Shown here: piece after piece, positions 1 to 8,241 of the stretch | Numbering within the stretch: the stretch's first letter is position 1 | How the letters are laid out: each line of letters begins with the position of its first letter | Assembly (NCBI RefSeq): GCF_000017845.1 | Contig: NC_010546.1 | Location: 870,001 to 902,000 of the forward strand | DNA length: 32,000 nucleotides | Direction of reading: 5' to 3' | From: Crocosphaera subtropica ATCC 51142 | GTDB lineage: Bacteria; Cyanobacteriota; Cyanobacteriia; Cyanobacteriales; Microcystaceae | Notes under the pieces: generated by a model | What the model was told of the DNA's origin: nothing | The model's database searches: none | Seen by the model: only the letters and a program-made list of their open reading frames with translations | Program-made: the position numbers and the translations under genes

Positions 1-41
1 TGATAATTAAGGTAGAGTGATTATCAGGGGAAAATTGAGCG

Positions 42-614
42 ATGACAGCAGTAATTTTAAACTTAGATACCGTTAACCTAACGGATGAACAATTTTACCG
101 TCTTTGTCAAGTTAATCAAGATTGGCAACTGGAAAGAACTGCTAAAGGAGAATTAATTGTTATGCCACCAGTTGGGGGAATTAGTGGTAATAGAGAAGCG
201 GATTTTATCATTGACTTAGGAATATGGAACCGTCAAACTAGACTGGGAAAAGTGTTTAGTTCTTCAACTATTTTTCGATTACCAAAAGGTGGCGATCGAT
301 CTCCCGATGCTGCTTGGATTAGTTTAACCCGTTGGCAATCTTTGAGTCGACAAGAACAAGAAAAGTTTCCTCCTATTTGTCCTGATTTTGTTATAGAATT
401 ACGTTCTCGTACTGATTCATTAGAAACACTTCAAGAGAAAATGCAAGAGTATCTAGATAGTGGTTTACAGTTAGGTTGGTTAATTAATCCTCAACAACAA
501 CAAGTAGAAATTTATCGTCAAAATCAACCCGTAGAAATTAAAGAATTACCAACAGATTTAAGCGGAGAAGATATTTTACCAGGGTTTAATTTATCTTTAT
601 CTCCTTTTGAATAA
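42..614 (+). CDS. Uma2 family (DUF820) PD-(D/E)xK-type putative endonuclease, copy A
   Basis: 190-aa ORF. It shows the family-typical layout: N-terminal LTxEQFxxL, then MPPxGGxSG, SPDAAW and PDFVIELRS (D...E-x-R/K-like nuclease core). It is nearly identical to the ORF at 1713-2285. Confidence 0.8.
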   Translation: MTAVILNLDTVNLTDEQFYRLCQVNQDWQLERTAKGELIVMPPVGGISGNREADFIIDLGIWNRQTRLGKVFSSSTIFRLPKGGDRSPDAAWISLTRWQSLSRQEQEKFPPICPDFVIELRSRTDSLETLQEKMQEYLDSGLQLGWLINPQQQQVEIYRQNQPVEIKELPTDLSGEDILPGFNLSLSPFE

Positions 615-649
615 ACATTTTGATAATTATATAATGGGGATAAATATTT

Positions 650-901
650 ATGACTTTTAGACAAAAATCAACAGAGGAAATGGAACATTTAGTAAAATTT
701 GAAACCAAAGTAAAACAAGGTATGATTGATATACCAGAAGAATACAAACATCAACTTGAAGAAGGAAGTAAAGTCATGGTTATTATCAATCCTGTTGACG
801 ATGAAAGTAAAACAACAAGGTTAATGGATAAATTAGCAAAAAATCCTATTAGTGTAAAAGGTCAAAAGAAACTAACAAGAGAGGAAATTCATGAAAGATA
901 A
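650..901 (+). CDS. AbrB/SpoVT-like antitoxin (VapB-type) of a VapBC module
   Basis: 83-aa ORF with a swapped-hairpin-like segment (KVKQGMIDIPEEYKHQLEEGSKVMVII). Its TAA stop overlaps the ATG of the downstream PIN gene by 1 nt (TAATG), the usual toxin-antitoxin coupling. Confidence 0.6.
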   Translation: MTFRQKSTEEMEHLVKFETKVKQGMIDIPEEYKHQLEEGSKVMVIINPVDDESKTTRLMDKLAKNPISVKGQKKLTREEIHER

Positions 902-1341
902 TGATGAGTGATCCAAAAATATTCATTGACTCTAATATTTGGTTATACCGTTTTCTCGCTGATCAAGATCCCGATCCCCAAGAAGATGCTAGAAAACGTA
1001 AAATAGCAGTCTCATTAACTAATGAGAAAGAGATTGTAATTAGTACACAAGTAATTAATGAGGTTTGCTCTGTCTTAAAGAGAAAAACTAACCTTGCAGA
1101 AGAGGATATCTATCAACTTATTGAAGAATTTGAAGAACAATGTAATGTTATTAATGTAACTACAGTTATCCTGAAAAAAGCATCTTTTTTAAGAACTAAA
1201 TATAACTTATCCTTTTGGGATAGTTTAATTGTGGCAACTGCTCTATATGCAGAAGTAGAGAGTCTTTATTCAGAGGATATGCAAGATGGATTAATTGTTC
1301 AAGAGCAATTAACGATTATTAATCCATTTAAAATACAGTAA
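901..1341 (+). CDS. vapC: PIN-domain ribonuclease toxin VapC
   Basis: 146 aa. The acidic PIN residues sit at the expected spacing: FIDSN (D), VINEV (E), FWDSLIV (D), SEDMQDG (D). The gene is translationally coupled to the upstream small antitoxin ORF. Confidence 0.8.
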   Translation: MMSDPKIFIDSNIWLYRFLADQDPDPQEDARKRKIAVSLTNEKEIVISTQVINEVCSVLKRKTNLAEEDIYQLIEEFEEQCNVINVTTVILKKASFLRTKYNLSFWDSLIVATALYAEVESLYSEDMQDGLIVQEQLTIINPFKIQ

Positions 1342-1475
1342 AAAGTAACTTTTTAGCTGGAATACATGGTTATTTCTATACAAAATATTAAATTCTATCA
1401 AAATACTTGACTTCCCCCCCCCAATGTTAAGTTTTGTTGTGCAATAATAACTTTCTTACATCTTGAGGAGTAACA

Positions 1476-1607
1476 ATGAGTACAAAACAATTGTCTGAAA
1501 GAACAGAAAAAACAGCTGTTCCTGAACCTTTAACCATTTTAGGTGCTGGATCTGCCATTGCTTTTGGTACAGCGTTTAAGCGTAAATTAGGCAAAAAGAA
1601 AGCATAA
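1476..1607 (+). CDS. 43-aa mini-protein made almost entirely of a PEP-CTERM sorting signal
   Basis: This ORF is not in the supplied track because it is too short. Translation: MSTKQLSERTEKTAVPEPLTILGAGSAIAFGTAFKRKLGKKKA. VPEP, a hydrophobic helix and a basic tail make up the PEP-CTERM architecture, and the sequence closely matches the C-terminus of the 12484-13131 protein. GAGGAG lies 5 nt upstream of the ATG, and a hairpin terminator follows. Confidence 0.5.
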   Translation: MSTKQLSERTEKTAVPEPLTILGAGSAIAFGTAFKRKLGKKKA

Positions 1608-1637
1608 ATTAGCTTAACTTTTTAATAAATCTTTGTA

Positions 1638-1668
1638 GGGGCTTAATAATATTAAGCCCTTGTTTATT
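1638..1668 (+). terminator. Intrinsic terminator after the PEP-CTERM mini-gene
   Basis: GGGCTTAATA (1639-1648) and TATTAAGCCC (1650-1659) form a perfect palindrome, followed by the T-rich run TTGTTTATT. Confidence 0.5.
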
Positions 1669-1712
1669 GGCTACAATTAAAACTAGGGTGATTTTTGGGA
1701 CATAATTAAGCC

Positions 1713-2285
1713 ATGACAGCAGTAATTTTAAACTTAGATACAGTTAACCTAACGGATGAACAATTTTACCGTCTTTGTCAAGTTAATCAAGATTGGCAAC
1801 TAGAAAGAACTGCTAAAGGAGAATTAATTGTTATGCCACCAGTGGGGGGAATTAGTGGAGGTCGAGAAGCTGATTTAATCAGTTTACTATGGTTATGGAA
1901 TCATCAAACTGGACTGGGTAAAGTATTTAGTTCTTCGACTATTTTTCGTTTACCAAAGGGTGGCGATCGTTCTCCCGATGCTGCTTGGATTAGTTTAACC
2001 CGTTGGCAATCTTTGAGTCGACAAGAACAAGAAAAGTTTCCTCCTATTTGTCCTGATTTTGTTATAGAATTACGTTCTCGTACTGATTCTTTAGAAACCC
2101 TTCAAGAGAAAATGCACGAATATCTTGATAGTGGGTTACAGTTAGGTTGGTTAATTAATCCTCAACAGCAACAAGTAGCAATTTACCGTCAAAATCAACC
2201 CGTCGAAATTAAAGCGTTACCGACAGATTTAAGCGGAGAAGATATATTACCAGGATTTAGTTTAACTTTGTCTACTTTTGAATAA
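1713..2285 (+). CDS. Uma2 family (DUF820) putative endonuclease, copy B
   Basis: 190 aa, with 176 of 190 residues identical to copy A. Similarity also extends about 40 nt upstream of the ATG and ends just after the stop codon. Confidence 0.8.
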   Translation: MTAVILNLDTVNLTDEQFYRLCQVNQDWQLERTAKGELIVMPPVGGISGGREADLISLLWLWNHQTGLGKVFSSSTIFRLPKGGDRSPDAAWISLTRWQSLSRQEQEKFPPICPDFVIELRSRTDSLETLQEKMHEYLDSGLQLGWLINPQQQQVAIYRQNQPVEIKALPTDLSGEDILPGFSLTLSTFE

Positions 2286-2541
2286 ATATCTCAATTCAAC
2301 CTATATACAAAAAATATGATGAATAAAATATTCTCTGAAAATTTAAAATGGCTTAATGGTGAGTAAAGTTAACCATTGACTTTATTGCAAAATAATCGTA
2401 TTGTGAGATTAGTAAATATCGATACGTCTAGCTCAAGTTAGGGTATATATGGCTATTTATTGAATTTCAAAACTCGTCTAAAAATGGTAATTAAGCGAGA
2501 TTGAAATTCTTGAAATGCAAATCCTTTTCAGGAAAAAAATC

Positions 2542-3153
2542 ATGGCCACAACTGAAAATTCTGCCCCTAGCTTTTTAAGAGATGCTTTTGAGTCTTATGC
2601 TCAATATACAGCCGATCAAAAGCAAGATGCTCAACAAAGAGCATTACAATGGTTGCAAACTCATATCGAATCTGACTTATCAGACAAAACCATTCTGACT
2701 CAATTTGCACAAAAATGGCGTACCGGCAACAATACGCCCTCTGAAGCGGATCAATCTCCTTTAAATTGGGCAAATTTACCCCGTTCTTATAAAGGAAATA
2801 AGTCCATCAATTCTCATCAAGAAGAAGCACTTAAGTTTTTAGAAGAAACCATTCCTCAAGAACTGCAAGATGACTTTAAAGCAAGGTGGGAAGTCAAAAC
2901 AAAATTAAAGGTATCTAATACTTCTGGAACCCCTCTGAAAGTAGATGAAACGGATCTAAAAGCTTTACAAGAAAATGACCCCAATGGCGAGGGTAAAAAT
3001 TGGTATCAAGTTAATAAAGGCGATGTTTATTATCTTCTTTCTAGTGAAGAAAAAGACGATCATTACCGCATCGTCACAACTGAAGAAATCGGTTCAGATA
3101 ATCGCAATACTTGGTATGTTTCCAAGGAAGACGTTAGTATCTCTGGTGTTTAA
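2542..3153 (+). CDS. Hypothetical protein with an internally repeated helical motif and a beta-rich C-terminus
   Basis: The ORF is open from 2515. The ATG at 2542 (MATTENS...) is the more plausible start. I recognise no family. A terminator follows the gene. Confidence 0.5.
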   Translation: MATTENSAPSFLRDAFESYAQYTADQKQDAQQRALQWLQTHIESDLSDKTILTQFAQKWRTGNNTPSEADQSPLNWANLPRSYKGNKSINSHQEEALKFLEETIPQELQDDFKARWEVKTKLKVSNTSGTPLKVDETDLKALQENDPNGEGKNWYQVNKGDVYYLLSSEEKDDHYRIVTTEEIGSDNRNTWYVSKEDVSISGV

Positions 3154-3194
3154 TCAGCTATCTTAGTAAGAATCGGGAAACAAAAAATAAACTA

Positions 3195-3225
3195 CCCTGA
3201 CTCGTGATAAGTCGGGGTTTTATTA
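3195..3225 (+). terminator. Intrinsic terminator
   Basis: CCCTGACT (3195-3202), a 7-nt loop and AGTCGGGG (3210-3217) form the stem-loop, followed by TTTTATTA. Confidence 0.55.
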
Positions 3226-3299
3226 TGTGTCCTCCTTATTAATACAAAGATTTGTTAAGCTATAAATAGCCAGGGAAAATTACAACCACCATAAACTTT

Positions 3300-4565
3300 A
3301 TGGTTATTAAAAATCGCATTCAAGCTGTATTAGTCTTAGCTAGTATTTTAATGTTAGGGTCAGTAGGCTGTAAAATTGTCCCTGATACTGAAGCAAAAGA
3401 AGAAGAAACCGCCAATCTTGAGGAAACACTACCCTCTGTTGATGTAACGATCGCCCGTACCGACTCGATCCGAGATGCCATTGAATACATCGGAACCACT
3501 CAACCGGTGCAAACCGTTGCCTTGCGATCGCAAGTAGAAGGACAATTATTAAGATTAACCGTAGATGTAGGCGATCCTGTGACCCAAGGGCAATTATTAG
3601 CCCAGTTAGATGATAGTTTATTACAAGCAGAAGTGGGCAGAGCAGAAGCAGAGTTAGCTGCGTTAAACTCAGAGGTGATCCGCGCCCAAGGAGAGGTGAA
3701 ATCAGCTATTTCTGCCGTAGCATCGGCAAAAGTCCAACTAGAACAGGCCAAAACCGACGCAGATCGCTTAGAACAATTATATGAACAAGGAGCGATCGCT
3801 TTACAAGAGGTAGAGTTAGCTCGTACAGAATACCGTACCGCACAACAGGCTTTATCCTCGGCACAATCAGAGGTTAATGTGCGTCAATCTGCCGTAGAAG
3901 CAGCCAAAGGACGAGTAATTGCCCAACAATCTTTAATCCAACAAGAACAAGAAAGATTATCTTATACTCGTCTTCAATCTCCCATCACTGGTTATGTGTT
4001 GCAACGGGTGATAGAAACGGGAAATTTAGTACAACCTGGTAGCGAAATTCTGCGTTTAGGGGATTTTAGTCAGGTTAAGGTGGTGGTTCCGGTTTCCGAG
4101 TTAGACTTAGCTAATATCCGTGTTGGCCAGTCGGTGAGGGTGCGTTTAGATGCCTTTTCCCGTGACACTTTCGTAGGCCGAGTCAGTAATATTTCTCCTG
4201 CGGCCGATCCCACCAGTCGGCAAGTTCCTATCGAGGTTATTTTAGCCAATCCTGAGCAGAAAATCAGCAGTGGATTGTTAGCAAGGGTGAGTTTTAATCA
4301 AAGTGGTTCGCAACCGGTGGTGATTCCTGAGACTGCGTTACAAGCGTCTGGAAATGCAACGACAGAAGAACGGGGAACTGTGTTTGTGGTGACAGGAGAT
4401 AAAAACAATGCAACCGTCACAGAGAGAATGGTGAGGTTAGGGGAACGGGTTGATGGCCAAGTGGAAGTTTTAGGAGGTTTGCGGCCTGGGGAACGGTATG
4501 TGTCTCGTAGTAGTGATACTTTGGAAGATAATCAATCTGTGAAGTTGAGTGTTTTGTCAGAGTAA
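3300..4565 (+). CDS. Efflux transporter periplasmic adaptor subunit (HlyD/membrane-fusion protein family)
   Basis: 421 aa. It has an N-terminal signal or anchor ending in GC. A long alanine/glutamine-rich coiled-coil hairpin (AEVGRAEAELAAL...QQEQERL) is flanked by lipoyl-like and beta-barrel segments (SPITGYV, VKVVVPVSE), as in MFPs. Confidence 0.85.
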   Translation: MVIKNRIQAVLVLASILMLGSVGCKIVPDTEAKEEETANLEETLPSVDVTIARTDSIRDAIEYIGTTQPVQTVALRSQVEGQLLRLTVDVGDPVTQGQLLAQLDDSLLQAEVGRAEAELAALNSEVIRAQGEVKSAISAVASAKVQLEQAKTDADRLEQLYEQGAIALQEVELARTEYRTAQQALSSAQSEVNVRQSAVEAAKGRVIAQQSLIQQEQERLSYTRLQSPITGYVLQRVIETGNLVQPGSEILRLGDFSQVKVVVPVSELDLANIRVGQSVRVRLDAFSRDTFVGRVSNISPAADPTSRQVPIEVILANPEQKISSGLLARVSFNQSGSQPVVIPETALQASGNATTEERGTVFVVTGDKNNATVTERMVRLGERVDGQVEVLGGLRPGERYVSRSSDTLEDNQSVKLSVLSE

Positions 4566-5273
4566 CGTAATTTTTCCGGTTTCTAAATTAGAGTAAGCAC
4601 CCACAATTTTTAGTTTATTTTCCGCTTTTAATTGAGCAAGAATCGGAGACTGATTCAGTTGTTGAACCTGATATAAAACATTGGCCTCTGTTGCTTTTTG
4701 TATCGCTTCTTCTTCAGTATCTTTACCTATATAATTGCTGATGGCCGGTTTAATATTATCAAGAATAAGTCCAATATTACCAGGAACCTCTGCTTGTTTC
4801 ATAGTCGAAATAACAGCCCCACAGTCTTGATGTCCGATAACCATTAACACCTTTGCCCCTAACACTAGCGTACCAAATTCAAGACTAGCGATCGCTCCTT
4901 CGGTAGCCACATTTCCTGCATCCCGAACCACAAAAATGTCACCAATACCCCTATCAAAAATAATCTCCACAGGAACTCTCGAATCAGCACAACTTAAAAC
5001 CGCAGCAAAGGGGTTTTGTCCTGAAACCACTTCCGGCAGACGAACGACAGTTTGATTAGGATTTTTTTGTTTATTATTAACAAATCGTTGATTACCTGCC
5101 ATTAATGCGGTCAATGCTTCATCAGGAGTCCCCTTATTTTGGCCTAAAACGGGTTGAGGTTTCATCACCTCATTAGTCAAGACAGTGGCCATGAAACTGG
5201 TACCGATAAGTCCCCCCCCGTATTTGATTAATTGACGGCGAGACACAGGAGGTTGCGCTGATTGATCGTTCAT
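4557..5273 (-). CDS. Beta-class carbonic anhydrase with twin-arginine signal peptide
   Basis: 238 aa. The Tat motif SRRQLIKYGG lies near the N-terminus. Beta-CA zinc ligand motifs are present: SCADSRVP (C-x-D-x-R) and GHQDCGAV (H-x-x-C). The 3' end overlaps the convergent adaptor gene by 9 nt. Confidence 0.85.
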   Translation of the reverse strand: MNDQSAQPPVSRRQLIKYGGGLIGTSFMATVLTNEVMKPQPVLGQNKGTPDEALTALMAGNQRFVNNKQKNPNQTVVRLPEVVSGQNPFAAVLSCADSRVPVEIIFDRGIGDIFVVRDAGNVATEGAIASLEFGTLVLGAKVLMVIGHQDCGAVISTMKQAEVPGNIGLILDNIKPAISNYIGKDTEEEAIQKATEANVLYQVQQLNQSPILAQLKAENKLKIVGAYSNLETGKITLL

Positions 5274-5296
5274 AATTGGCTTAAATTCTATTAATA

Positions 5297-5788
5297 TTAA
5301 ACTTCGGGACTAAAATGTTCTTTGAGTTTTTCTTCTTCCTCATTAGATAAATTGGACTGAATTAATTCCCCAGTGATGCCACCGAGAGCTTCTTCTACTT
5401 TATCAACGGTGACATCCCCAGTTAGTAAGAAAAGAGCGGATGTCCCTTCGGTGACTTTGCTTCTAACATCTTTAATAAAATCATCGTTGATACCATAATC
5501 CCGTAGAGAACCTCCTAACGCACCCATTCCAGCGCCCACTGCAATGCCAAAAATGGGACAGAAAAAGAGTAATCCGAATAATAAACCCCAAAAAGCCCCA
5601 TCTAATGCACCTATTCCCACTAAATTAATGGCTTGTGTTGTTTTTGGTTTCTTTTTTCCTTCTGGCCAAGAAACGGTTGCTGCGTCTCTGATTTCAATAA
5701 TATGTTCTTTTTGTAATGGAACCAGTTTATTTAATGCTTCTTGGGCCCCATTGGCAGTATCAAATTTCCAAACTGTAAGTGCTGTCAT
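5297..5788 (-). CDS. DUF1269-like membrane protein
   Basis: I prefer the start at MTALTVWKFDTANGAQEAL; the track ORF extends 17 codons further upstream. A glycine-rich TM segment (GALDGAFWGLLFGLLFF...GAGMGALGG) is typical of this family. Confidence 0.6.
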   Translation of the reverse strand: MTALTVWKFDTANGAQEALNKLVPLQKEHIIEIRDAATVSWPEGKKKPKTTQAINLVGIGALDGAFWGLLFGLLFFCPIFGIAVGAGMGALGGSLRDYGINDDFIKDVRSKVTEGTSALFLLTGDVTVDKVEEALGGITGELIQSNLSNEEEEKLKEHFSPEV

Positions 5789-6001
5789 CTTTTTTTTGTC
5801 GTAAGGAACTGACTTAAGTTTATTAGAGTTTTTGATCAACTAAGTTTAAGAAAAAATTATTATCATTGTAAATCCAGATTAAGCGATCGCTATCTTTGAA
5901 TAACTATGTCAAAATATAATCAAGAATAAAATGACTCAATAATTAAAAATTGATAAATAGAAACTACTATAGCTACTCTATTTGAATCCTTAACGTACTT
6001 T

Positions 6002-6243
6002 TTGAGAGGAGTTAATAGCGAACGGGGAACGGGTAACAAACTTTTCACAACATATTTAAACTGGCTATATGACGATGAAATATTAGTGTTTAAAGCCGAC
6101 AATATTAGCAATATTAGTCATATAGAAAAAATAATCGATGAACTCAGAACAAAAAGAATTAATGAATTAATATCGTGGTAAAAGCTTTATTTGACACCAG
6201 TATTTTAGTGGCAGCTGTTTGGAGTAATCATCCTAAACACTGA
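6002..6243 (+). pseudogene. Relic of a toxin-antitoxin pair: start-less antitoxin-like frame plus a 22-codon PIN N-terminal stub
   Basis: GTG at 6175 opens VVKALFDTSILVAAVWSNHPKH*, a canonical PIN N-terminus with the first catalytic Asp, and the frame stops at 6243. It overlaps (GTGGTAA) the end of an upstream open frame (...IEKIIDELRTKRINELISW*, stop 6179-6181) that has no ATG. Confidence 0.3.
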
Positions 6244-6399
6244 CCTTGTATTACACGATATTAAGCTAAAATACTTACCACAAAGAACAGTGGGGCAATT
6301 GTCATGGTTTTCTGTAATGCTTCTTAATATACTCTTGTCTTGACTTCTGTAACATTTTATACAAAAATTAGGTTAGATAAAAAATTCCTGATATTTCTT

Positions 6400-6732
6400 A
6401 TGAATCCATCCTTTTTACCTCCCGATGATTTACCCTGTTGGGTTCCCAGTGATCTCGAATTATGTTGGGAATTCAATGATATTGTTAGCCGTTTATTTTA
6501 TAATTCTTGTGACGAACAAACCCAAAAATTATTATCAAAATGTGGTTGGAATTTAACCACTGGTCGTGATGGGTTAACCTTAGTATTAATTTGTCCTAAA
6601 AATGGCTTAACTTGGCAAATTTTGAAATCCTTGGAAACGGTGAGTACCTATTTGCATCAATTAGGAAAACAAGCAAGAATTCGCATTTATCCCCCACCAC
6701 AAAGTGGAACTCCTATGGAAGTGATTGTTTGA
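6400..6732 (+). CDS. Hypothetical protein
   Basis: 110 aa counted from the ATG at 6400. The track ORF starts at a TTG at 6340. I recognise no family. Confidence 0.45.
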   Translation: MNPSFLPPDDLPCWVPSDLELCWEFNDIVSRLFYNSCDEQTQKLLSKCGWNLTTGRDGLTLVLICPKNGLTWQILKSLETVSTYLHQLGKQARIRIYPPPQSGTPMEVIV

Positions 6733-6910
6733 GTCAAGGATAATGATTCAAGGATAATGATAGGGTGGGCAATGCTCACCTTAATTAATTCTTATGGTAA
6801 TTGATATGAGATTGTATCAAGCGTTACAGTAGTTTAACCTCAATTCGGGATACGGTGAGAAGTTAATCCAATCGTTGCCTAAAACACCCATTATTTCGTT
6901 GCATATGCTC

Positions 6911-6945
6911 TAACTCCGACCTCCGAACTCCTAACTCCGAACTCA
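6911..6945. repeat. STRR-like heptamer array (TAACTCC/GACCTCC/GAACTCC x5)
   Basis: Five contiguous 7-nt units can be read directly. The array runs straight into the motif CCGAACTCAGGTT (6937-6949). Confidence 0.8.
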
Positions 6946-7134
6946 GGTTAGTTTATACCCTTTTAACAGTTTTGATCGTTTCTACGCTGCAATTAGAAAC
7001 TTTAAAATAAGAGTGTTAATTATTCATTATTTTCTCATCAAATTTTAAGTAATGATGATTATAGTGTGAGATATAGTTTTAGGTAAGCTGTTAATCACTT
7101 AAATTGACCTGAGTTCGATATAGCGTTATCAATT

Positions 7135-7791
7135 ATGAAACCTGTTGATTTTTTGCTCATTATTCATCCTACATTAGCAATTATTTTTGTTTTTCCTTTG
7201 ATTGGTATTGTCTCTTATTATTCTTGGCAAACCCGTCAAAGACGCTTAGCTATTCTTGACAAGAATAAAAGTAAAATTCCCCCTATTGTTGGTCGAGAAC
7301 ACGTTAAAGTAGGGCGTTGGTTATCGAGTTTTGTGGTAGCTGTTACTTTATTTGGACTCGCTTATCCTATTGGGGAAAATATTATTAAAAATCAAATGTG
7401 GGCAAGTAACTTTTTACAATTTATTTTCCTGATTTTAATATTTATTTTAACGGCTGTTTCTCTCTATCTACTTCATGTTGCCAGACAGAAACATTGGCGA
7501 GGCATTTTTGCCACTTTAACAGGGATGGGAATTGTCGTTTTAGGATGCCAAGAGGGAGTATTTCGGCGTACCAATGAGTGGTATATCTCCCATTATTATT
7601 ATGGAATTACTGCTGCTTTATTAATGATTTTTTCCTTAGCTATTATCGAAGATATTTATCAAGATAAGTCAAATCGTTGGCGTAATTTGCATATTTTTCT
7701 TAATTGTTTTGCTTTGTTATTATTTATGGGACAAGGCATAACAGGCACGAGAGATTTATTAGAAATTGGAAAATATAAGTTAGGGGGATGA
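7135..7791 (+). CDS. Polytopic membrane protein (DUF4079-like)
   Basis: 218 aa with about 5-6 hydrophobic helices and conserved histidines at helix starts (HPTLAIIF, HYYYGITAAL, HIFLNCFALL). The family assignment is from memory only. Confidence 0.55.
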   Translation: MKPVDFLLIIHPTLAIIFVFPLIGIVSYYSWQTRQRRLAILDKNKSKIPPIVGREHVKVGRWLSSFVVAVTLFGLAYPIGENIIKNQMWASNFLQFIFLILIFILTAVSLYLLHVARQKHWRGIFATLTGMGIVVLGCQEGVFRRTNEWYISHYYYGITAALLMIFSLAIIEDIYQDKSNRWRNLHIFLNCFALLLFMGQGITGTRDLLEIGKYKLGG

Positions 7792-7818
7792 AGAGTTATA
7801 TGAAATCTCTTTGAATAC

Positions 7819-7931
<113 letters not shown>

Positions 7932-7936
<5 letters not shown>

Positions 7937-8132
7937 TACTTTTCTTTAATAACCAAGGGGTCGGATTATTAATTATTTTGACTAAAATCCCTATGATTTC
8001 ATCGTATATTCCTGATAATTCTCGACCAACTTCTGGCTGTAAGTATTTGCACTCTACAGCAAAATCTAACCATGTAGAAGTTTCGGCTGCTTCTCCTTCA
8101 CTATCATTGTGCCGTAAGTTGCAATAACCTGC
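7932..8132 (-). pseudogene. C-terminal fragment of a four-helix-bundle (23S rRNA IVS-type, TIGR02436-like) protein gene
   Basis: The open frame has no start codon. It reads AGYCNLRHNDSEGEAAETSTWLDFAVECKYLQPEVGRELSGIYDEIIGILVKIINNPTPWLLKKSI*, which resembles the last two helices of that family. The family match is recalled from memory. Confidence 0.35.
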
Positions 8133-8148
8133 CTAACTCATCACTGAG

Positions 8149-8184
8149 AAAAAAAATTGGGATGAAGGGTTAACCCCATCCCAA
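8149..8184 (-). terminator. Intrinsic terminator of sigA
   Basis: On the minus strand, TTGGGATGGGGTTAACCCTTCATCCCAA forms a stem-loop followed by T8. It lies about 58 nt after the sigA stop codon. Confidence 0.6.
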
Positions 8185-8241
8185 TTAAACTGACTTTTGT
8201 TATTCATTTCTTCCTCAAGATAGAGGATTTTGTGAGTTAAT

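Noticed and set aside
2567-3751. ORFs 2567-2773 (-), 2975-3166 (+) and 3500-3751 (-)
   Set aside because: They are off-frame or antisense within better-supported ORFs and their composition is atypical for proteins.
5920-6111. 63-aa minus-strand ORF in the 5840-6340 intergenic region
   Set aside because: It is AT-rich and low-complexity, with no RBS. The plus strand in the same region carries the more interpretable TA relic.
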